Assembly: GCA_022072505.1 (NCBI GenBank) | Contig: JAJVHU010000049.1 | Span: forward strand, 36,915-100,914 | Direction of reading: 5' to 3' | Length of the DNA: 64,000 nt | Source of the DNA: Phycisphaerae bacterium | GTDB lineage: Bacteria > Planctomycetota > Phycisphaerae > UBA1845 | Shown here: positions 58,426 through 64,000 of the stretch, piece after piece | Layout of the letters: the number at the start of each line of letters is the position of its first letter | How positions within the stretch are numbered: the stretch's first letter is position 1 | Position numbers and translations under genes: made by a program | The notes under the pieces: generated by a model | Seen by the model: the letters and a program-made list of their open reading frames with translations, nothing else | The model's database searches: none | Told to the model about the DNA's origin: nothing

Positions 58426-59835
58426 TCATGTCATGCCGTATTCCTTGAGCTTGCGGTAGAGCGTGCGGATGCTGATGCCCAGTTCGCGGGCGGTCTGCTC
58501 GCGGTTGCCCTGGTTGCGGCGCAGCGTGCTGAGGATCATCATCTTTTCAACGTCGGCGAGCGTCAGGCCCGCGAGGCTGGGGACGTTCGCCGGAACGATC
58601 TCCGTCGTGCCCTGAAGCGACTCGGGCAGATCCTCCACGCCGAGCACGTCGCCTTCGGATTCGAGGCACATGCGCTCGATCATGTTGCGAAGCTCGCGGA
58701 TGTTGCCCGGCCAACTGTAGCGCATGAGCTTCCGCAGCGCGTCAGGCGCGACTCCCTGGATCGACAGGGCGTTCTCGCGGTTGACGCGGGCGATGAAGCG
58801 GTCGGTCAGGACGGGAATGTCCTCGGGGCGGGCGCGCAGCGGCGGGATGTTGAGCGCTCCGAAGGCATGCAGGCGGAAGAAGAGATCCTCCCGGAACTTG
58901 CCCAGCCGGACGAACTCCTGAAGGTCGCGGTTGGTCGCGGCGACGAAGCGGACGTCGACGTGGATCGCCTCGTTGCTGCCGACCGGGATGACCTCGCCGT
59001 TTTCGAGCGCGCGAAGGAGCTTCGCCTGCATCGGCAGCGGCATGTCGCCGATCTCGTCGAGGAACATCGTTCCGCCGTCGGCGGCGACGAGGTAGCCCTT
59101 GCGGTCGGCGATCGCGCCGGTGAAGGCGCCCTTGACGTGGCCGAAAAGCTCGCTTTCCAGCAGGGTCTCGCTGACGGCGGCGCAATTGAGCGGTTTGAAG
59201 GGCCTGCCGGCGCGGGGCGATGACGCGTGGATCGCCTGCGCGAGCAGCTCCTTTCCGGTGCCCGTCTCGCCGGTGATCAGGACGGTGCATTTGCTTCCGG
59301 CGAGCTTCCGGGCCCGCTTGATGACCTTCAGCATCGCCTCGCTGACGCCGACCAGCCCCTCGAAGTCGAACGCCCGGTCGGCCTGCTCGCGGAGCCTCTG
59401 TGCCTCGCGGGTCGCCAGCGCCTGCCGCGCCGCGCGCTCGACGACGTCCGCGACGACGTCGATCGACGGCGGATCGACGAGGCATTCATAAACGCCGTCG
59501 TCCGCCGCGTCCGGGCGCGACCGACGGTCGTCGCCCAACGCCTTGCGGAGGCGATCCTGCGCCCCGTCGCGGGCGAGGATGACGACCTGGGCATGCGGCG
59601 TCAGGCGCAGCGACTCGCGCAGCAGCTTCGGCGCGTCCACGTCGCCGGTCAGCGCAAAGTCGATGACGATGACGTCCGGCGCGCGGACCTTCAGACTGCC
59701 CACCGCTTCCGCGCCGGTCTCGACGAGACTCGTGGCGAGGCGGAACGGCGGGTTCCCCTTCTGAAGGGCCTGCGTCAGCGCTTGCCCCGTTAAGACGTCG
59801 GGCGTGGTGATGAGCACAAAGGCCGTATCCGACAT
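58426..59835 (-). CDS. Sigma-54-dependent transcriptional activator (NtrC family) with an atypical receiver domain
   Basis: AAA+ core ITGETGTGKELLA, GAFTGA and GGTMFLDEIGDMP. Also RFVAATNRDL, PGNIRELRN and the C-terminal HTH REQTARELGISIRTLYRKL. ATG at 59835. The upstream part of the track ORF is antisense to ribBA. Confidence 0.9.
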   Translation of the reverse strand: MSDTAFVLITTPDVLTGQALTQALQKGNPPFRLATSLVETGAEAVGSLKVRAPDVIVIDFALTGDVDAPKLLRESLRLTPHAQVVILARDGAQDRLRKALGDDRRSRPDAADDGVYECLVDPPSIDVVADVVERAARQALATREAQRLREQADRAFDFEGLVGVSEAMLKVIKRARKLAGSKCTVLITGETGTGKELLAQAIHASSPRAGRPFKPLNCAAVSETLLESELFGHVKGAFTGAIADRKGYLVAADGGTMFLDEIGDMPLPMQAKLLRALENGEVIPVGSNEAIHVDVRFVAATNRDLQEFVRLGKFREDLFFRLHAFGALNIPPLRARPEDIPVLTDRFIARVNRENALSIQGVAPDALRKLMRYSWPGNIRELRNMIERMCLESEGDVLGVEDLPESLQGTTEIVPANVPSLAGLTLADVEKMMILSTLRRNQGNREQTARELGISIRTLYRKLKEYGMT

Positions 59836-59918
59836 GCGCCTGATTCTCCGGAGATCGGCGGCGTCGGCAAGATCGCGCGGAGTCCGCGATCGCCGGTGCG
59901 CCCGCCCCGCGGCGCGCG

Positions 59919-61163
59919 TCACAGCGCGAGCATGTGTCCGAGCTTGTCCTTCTTGGTCTTCAGGTAGGCGGCGTTGTGCGGATTCGCGGGAACCTGGATC
60001 GGAATCTGCTCCGCGATGCGAAGCCCGTAAACCTCGAGCCGGCTGATTTTCTTCGGATTGTTCGTGAGAATGCGGAGCTGGCGCAGCCCCAGGTCGCGGC
60101 AGATCTGCGCCCCGACGCCGTAGTCGCGGCGGTCCGGCGGAAGTCCGAGCGCCTCGTTGGCCTCGACGGTGTCCAGCCCCTGATCCTGAAGCGTGTACGC
60201 GCGCAGCTTGTTGTGCAGCCCGATCGCCCGCCCCTCCTGACGCAGGTAGATGAGCGCGCCTTTGCCCTCGCGCTGAATGAGCTGCATCGCGGTTTCGAGT
60301 TGGTCGCCGCAGTCGCACCGCGCGGAGTGAAAGACGTGCCCGGTGAGGCACTCCGACTCGACGCGGACGAGCACCGGGTCCGGATGAGGGATCGCCTCGC
60401 CGTCCGGACCCGGTTCCCCCACGCCTCCGCAGCACAGCGCCAGATGCGGCTCGCGGTCCACCGGCGTGGCGAACGAAATGAGCGTGAACTCCCCGAACCG
60501 CGTGGGCATCCGGACGGTCTGCCCGCGGGTCACGAACCGCTCGTTCTTCATCCGGTATTCGATGAGGTCGGCGACGGTGTACATGCGCAGTCCGTGCTCA
60601 CGCGCCAGAGCTTCAAGCTGCGGCCGCCGCGCCATCGATCCGTCCTCGTTGAGGATCTCGATGATAACGGCGGCGGGCTTCATTCCTGCGATCCGGCACA
60701 AGTCCACCGACCCCTCCGTCTGCCCCGCCCGCACCAGCACGCCGCCGTCGACCGCCATCAGGGGGTTGATATGACCGGGCCGCACCAGGTCGCCCGGTTC
60801 GGCGCGGTCCGCCGTGGCGGCGCGGATCGTCGCGGCGCGGTCGTGCGTCGAGACGCCGGTGGTGACGCCGAAGCGGGAATGCGCGTCGATCGTGACGGTG
60901 AAAGCGGTCCCGTGGCGGGTCGTGTTCTCGGGCGTCTGCAAGGGAAGGTGAAGCTGGCGGCAGCGCTCCGCGGTCATCGACAGACACAGGACGCCGCGGG
61001 CGTGGCGCAGCATGAAGTTGATGATCTCGGGCGTGACCTGCTCCGCGGCGACGACGAGGTCGCCTTCGTTCTCGCGGTCCTCGTCGTCCACGAGAATGAT
61101 CATGCGCCCCGCGCGGAGGTCGTCCAGCGCCTGCTCGATCGGTGCGAAGGTTGTCGTGCTCAT
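59919..61163 (-). CDS. ribBA: Bifunctional 3,4-dihydroxy-2-butanone-4-phosphate synthase / GTP cyclohydrolase II
   Basis: [46 protein letters not shown] and [11 protein letters not shown]. Confidence 0.95.
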   Translation of the reverse strand: MSTTTFAPIEQALDDLRAGRMIILVDDEDRENEGDLVVAAEQVTPEIINFMLRHARGVLCLSMTAERCRQLHLPLQTPENTTRHGTAFTVTIDAHSRFGVTTGVSTHDRAATIRAATADRAEPGDLVRPGHINPLMAVDGGVLVRAGQTEGSVDLCRIAGMKPAAVIIEILNEDGSMARRPQLEALAREHGLRMYTVADLIEYRMKNERFVTRGQTVRMPTRFGEFTLISFATPVDREPHLALCCGGVGEPGPDGEAIPHPDPVLVRVESECLTGHVFHSARCDCGDQLETAMQLIQREGKGALIYLRQEGRAIGLHNKLRAYTLQDQGLDTVEANEALGLPPDRRDYGVGAQICRDLGLRQLRILTNNPKKISRLEVYGLRIAEQIPIQVPANPHNAAYLKTKKDKLGHMLAL

Positions 61164-61202
61164 GTGTGCATCCCGCAGCGGCGCGGCGACGAGGCGCCTC
61201 GG

Positions 61203-61829
61203 TCACGAAGGTCCGCTCGACCCGCGACCCGCTTCACCCGCGGCGTGGACCTCGGAAACAAAGCGAATCCCGAGCCGCAGGTAATCCAGCCACGCCAGGA
61301 TCGCCGCGCCGCTCGCCGCCGCCCACGACGCCTCAACCACGCCGCGCCACCAGCCCGGCAGGTCCGGCGTCAGCAGCGTCGCCGCCACCATCACCGATTG
61401 TACCAGCGTCGAGACCTTCCCCAAAACACGCGGGCGGATCAGCGTCCGCTGGGTCGCCAGGTACACCAGCGCAAAGCCGAGGACGGTCAGGACGTCCTTC
61501 CCCAGGGCGATCACCGGAACCCAGCTCGGCAGGCGAGCCCCGGGCACCGCCGTCGCCTCGACCGCGAGGAGGATCACCGCGCACGTCGTCAGGAGCTTGT
61601 CCGCCAGAGGATCGAGGAAGGCCCCGAGCGCGGACTGCTGGCGCCAGCGCCGGGCGAGAAACCCGTCCAGCGCGTCGCTCGCCGCCATCACGAGGTAGAG
61701 CGCCAGCGCCGCACGCCGAGCGCCGGGCCACGCGTGGTTCATATTCAGCAGACACAGCACCCAGACCGGCACAAGGCAGATGCGGGCGATCGAAATCCGG
61801 TTCGGCCAGGTCAGCCGGCTTTCGTTCAT
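61203..61829 (-). CDS. CDP-alcohol phosphatidyltransferase (PgsA-like)
   Basis: [12 protein letters not shown] and [28 protein letters not shown] fit DG-x2-AR-x8-G-x3-D-x3-D. ATG at 61829 has GGAGGG upstream. Confidence 0.85.
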   Translation of the reverse strand: MNESRLTWPNRISIARICLVPVWVLCLLNMNHAWPGARRAALALYLVMAASDALDGFLARRWRQQSALGAFLDPLADKLLTTCAVILLAVEATAVPGARLPSWVPVIALGKDVLTVLGFALVYLATQRTLIRPRVLGKVSTLVQSVMVAATLLTPDLPGWWRGVVEASWAAASGAAILAWLDYLRLGIRFVSEVHAAGEAGRGSSGPS

Positions 61830-61852
61830 GCTGAACCCTCCGCGGGGCGAAC

Positions 61853-63481
61853 TCAAGGCGCGGACGGCGCCGGCGCCCGCTGCCGCGCGGCGAACTGATC
61901 AAAAACGGAGCGCTCGACGCTGACCAGCATGACGACGTCGGGGCGGAACCCGTAGTAACTGACGTGACGGCCGTCGCCGAGGCGCTTCAGCGTCTCTTCC
62001 GTCAAGATCGTGTTCGCGACGACCACCGGCGCAAGCTCCTCCGGCGGGGCGTCCCAGTATGCAACGCCTTCACAGGAACGAAGATACCACGGCAAAGGCC
62101 AGTAATCCGCGTCCGGCGAAACCACGTCGATCCGCAGGGATCGACCCTGCGGGTGCGCCTCCGCCAGCGCTTCGAGGTAGCTCGTCATGCGCAGAACGCC
62201 TCCGACCGGATGCGCGTAGACGTAGGGATTGCGTCGGTCGGACTCGAAGCGCGGACCGGTAAGCAACGACGCCTGACGCGCAAGATGTCCGGTCGCGGCG
62301 ACGAACAACGCCACCGCAAGGGCCTTCAACGCCGGGCGCCCCGCCGCCGTCAGAACGCGGTTGAATCCGAACCCCCCGACAAGGATCGCCGCATGAAGGA
62401 ACCCGAGCATGCACCACGGCGTTTTGTAAGGGATCGCGGAGTACACGACGATCATCATGCTCGCGTACAAGACGACGTAACGACCGAAGGTCTGACGGGC
62501 CTGCGCCGCCGCATCCGCCTCCGGTCCGTTCCTGAGGAAGGCGTACGCCGGTCCGATCCCGAACAACGCCAGGATCGCGCCTTCTGACCACGCCGGACCC
62601 GGTCCCCAGTGCGTGTACGCGAGAATCTGCAGATAAGTCCACCACGGATGATCGTGCAGGCCGTAGTTGCCGGCCCGGTCGAGGTAGGTCGCGTAAGTCA
62701 GGACCGAGTCGGCGGGACCGCGCGCATGCGTGAAGAACGCGGAGTAGAACGCGACGGAGACGGCCGCGCCGCAGACGAAAGCAACCGGAAGAGCAAGCCG
62801 GACGCCGCGCTTCGATCGGATCGCGTCGTCGCGCCGCGACTTCGCTCCGGGACCGGTCTCGCGCTTTCCGCCTCCCCAGCGCAGACACACCCACGCCGCC
62901 GCTGCGCACGCGAACGCGATGACGCAGGTCTCTTTTGTCGCATGTGCCAGACCGGCGCTGACCCCGGCCGCCGCCGCCCAGCCGATTTTCCTCGAAACCG
63001 AGTAACGCCAGCCCGCCGCCAGCATCAGAAAGGTGAAGAAGACCAGCAGCGTCTCCTGAATGTAGTACCGGCTGTAAAAAGTCATCGCAGGCGAGACCGC
63101 CGTCAGGAGGGCCGAAACGACGACGCCGGCGCGCCCGAGTCCGTCTCGGACAAGCCACAACAGCGGAATCAGCCCGAACCCGAAGACGACCGTCACAAGG
63201 CGCAGGTGGGCTTCCGAAAGCTCGGCGAAGCTGCGGACGCCGCAAAACCGGATGACCGGCAGCGTCAGGTAGTAAAGCGTCGGTCCGTGATACTCGTGAG
63301 GGTCGTAACGGTAGGTTCCCGTCGTGTGCAGATCCCAGAGCTTGACGGCGTGGACGGCTTCGTCCCCGTGCATCGGCCGCCGGGCGAGATCCGGCAGCCG
63401 CGGCGCTGCCGCGAGGGCCGTGATGACGACCAGAGCGACGGCAAGCGCCCCGTCGCGCCGGTGGGTGGATTGCGACGACAT
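61853..63481 (-). CDS. GT-C fold glycosyltransferase (ArnT/PMT_2 / TIGR03663-like)
   Basis: RPMHGDEAVHAVKLWDLHTTGTYRYDPHEYHGPTLYY and about 11 TM helices, with a C-terminal soluble domain. Confidence 0.8.
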   Translation of the reverse strand: MSSQSTHRRDGALAVALVVITALAAAPRLPDLARRPMHGDEAVHAVKLWDLHTTGTYRYDPHEYHGPTLYYLTLPVIRFCGVRSFAELSEAHLRLVTVVFGFGLIPLLWLVRDGLGRAGVVVSALLTAVSPAMTFYSRYYIQETLLVFFTFLMLAAGWRYSVSRKIGWAAAAGVSAGLAHATKETCVIAFACAAAAWVCLRWGGGKRETGPGAKSRRDDAIRSKRGVRLALPVAFVCGAAVSVAFYSAFFTHARGPADSVLTYATYLDRAGNYGLHDHPWWTYLQILAYTHWGPGPAWSEGAILALFGIGPAYAFLRNGPEADAAAQARQTFGRYVVLYASMMIVVYSAIPYKTPWCMLGFLHAAILVGGFGFNRVLTAAGRPALKALAVALFVAATGHLARQASLLTGPRFESDRRNPYVYAHPVGGVLRMTSYLEALAEAHPQGRSLRIDVVSPDADYWPLPWYLRSCEGVAYWDAPPEELAPVVVANTILTEETLKRLGDGRHVSYYGFRPDVVMLVSVERSVFDQFAARQRAPAPSAP

Positions 63482-63592
63482 GCGGACATTGTAAAGCGAC
63501 AGGGGACCGCGGACTACGTCGGATTCGTCATGATCGGCGGAGTCAGCGCGGAAAGTTGAACGACACGGAGCATGCTTGATACGTTGTCATGC

Positions 63593-64000
63593 ATGAACGC
63601 GGAGAATTCGGACCTTCGGGGGAAGACGGAGGTCCGCTCAGAAGAAGGAGCGCCGTTGACGGCGCTGCGCGCCGGCGATCCGGCTGCGTTCGAGCGCCTC
63701 GTCCGCGAGCACGCCCCGCGCATGCTCGCCGTCGCCCGTCGATATCTGCGGCGGGAAGATGACGCCGAGGTCGCCGTGCAGGATGCGTTCGTCTCGGCGC
63801 ACCGCGCACTTCCGGGGTTTCAGGGCGAGGCCGGACTGGGAACGTGGTTGCACCGGATCACCGTGAACGCCGCGCTGGGTCTGCTGCGCAGGAAACGGCG
63901 CCTCGAACGCGAGACCTCGCTCGAGGATCTGCTCCCGCGGTTCCGGTCCGACGGGCATCGCGAAGCGCCGGGCCTGCCTTGGGTGGAGTCGCGGGAATCC
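63593..64000 (+). CDS. ECF-type RNA polymerase sigma factor (5' partial, runs off the window)
   Basis: My own translation from ATG 63593 is ...LRAGDPAAFERLVREHAPRMLAVARRYLRREDDAEVAVQDAFVSAHRALPGFQGEAGLGTWLHRITVNAALGLLRRKR, which is sigma70 region 2. It is absent from the track because no stop lies within the window. Confidence 0.8.
   Translation, partial: MNAENSDLRGKTEVRSEEGAPLTALRAGDPAAFERLVREHAPRMLAVARRYLRREDDAEVAVQDAFVSAHRALPGFQGEAGLGTWLHRITVNAALGLLRRKRRLERETSLEDLLPRFRSDGHREAPGLPWVESRES

Noticed and set aside
1-64000. tRNA, rRNA, tmRNA, RNase P, SRP RNA, transposase, integrase and prophage genes.
   Set aside because: I saw no GGTTCGAATCC-type T-arms, no conserved RNase P or tmRNA cores, and no DDE, tyrosine or serine recombinase or phage structural motifs in any credible ORF. 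The absence of the RNA genes should be confirmed with tRNAscan-SE and Infernal.

Overview
This is a 64-kb, high-GC bacterial chromosomal window. The gene content suggests Planctomycetota, by inference only: a DUF1559/H-X9-DG pseudopilin-like protein, a PEP-CTERM protein, FGE/SUMF1-domain proteins, giant coiled-coil proteins and very abundant short palindromic intergenic repeats. I support about 52 CDS. They include housekeeping genes (ispH, cysC, polA, ribBA, nfi), two dispersed kynurenine-pathway genes (kmo, kynA), a cbb3-type oxidase operon (membrane protein, dihaem cytochrome c, ccoN, ccoO and two small membrane proteins), a rhamnose catabolic operon (rhaI, permease, rhaB), envelope and glycosylation genes, an NtrC-type regulator and a truncated ECF sigma factor at the right edge. 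I found no tRNA, rRNA, CRISPR array, transposase or integrase. Many long track ORFs are antisense or off-frame shadows of real genes, which is typical at this GC content, and I rejected them. The best candidate for a novel system is a four-gene minus-strand operon at 7804-12394. It encodes a coiled-coil protein, a cytoplasmic FGE-domain protein, a Zn-ribbon-fused P-loop GTPase and a 513-aa orphan that may be GAP1-like. It is transcribed divergently from a 1143-aa coiled-coil giant at 12686-16117. The second candidate is an orphan HerA/DUF87-type ATPase at 53310-55286. It is visibly less GC-rich than its neighbours, flanked by repeats, and preceded by a 580-bp gene-free gap with its own promoter-like and hairpin signals. 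The gene-free regions hold at least five families of dispersed palindromic or MITE-like repeats, two candidate structured RNAs (36.5 kb and 44.7 kb) and a promoter, leader and terminator arrangement abutting the kmo start codon. All homology calls come from motifs I recognise by eye. No searches were run.
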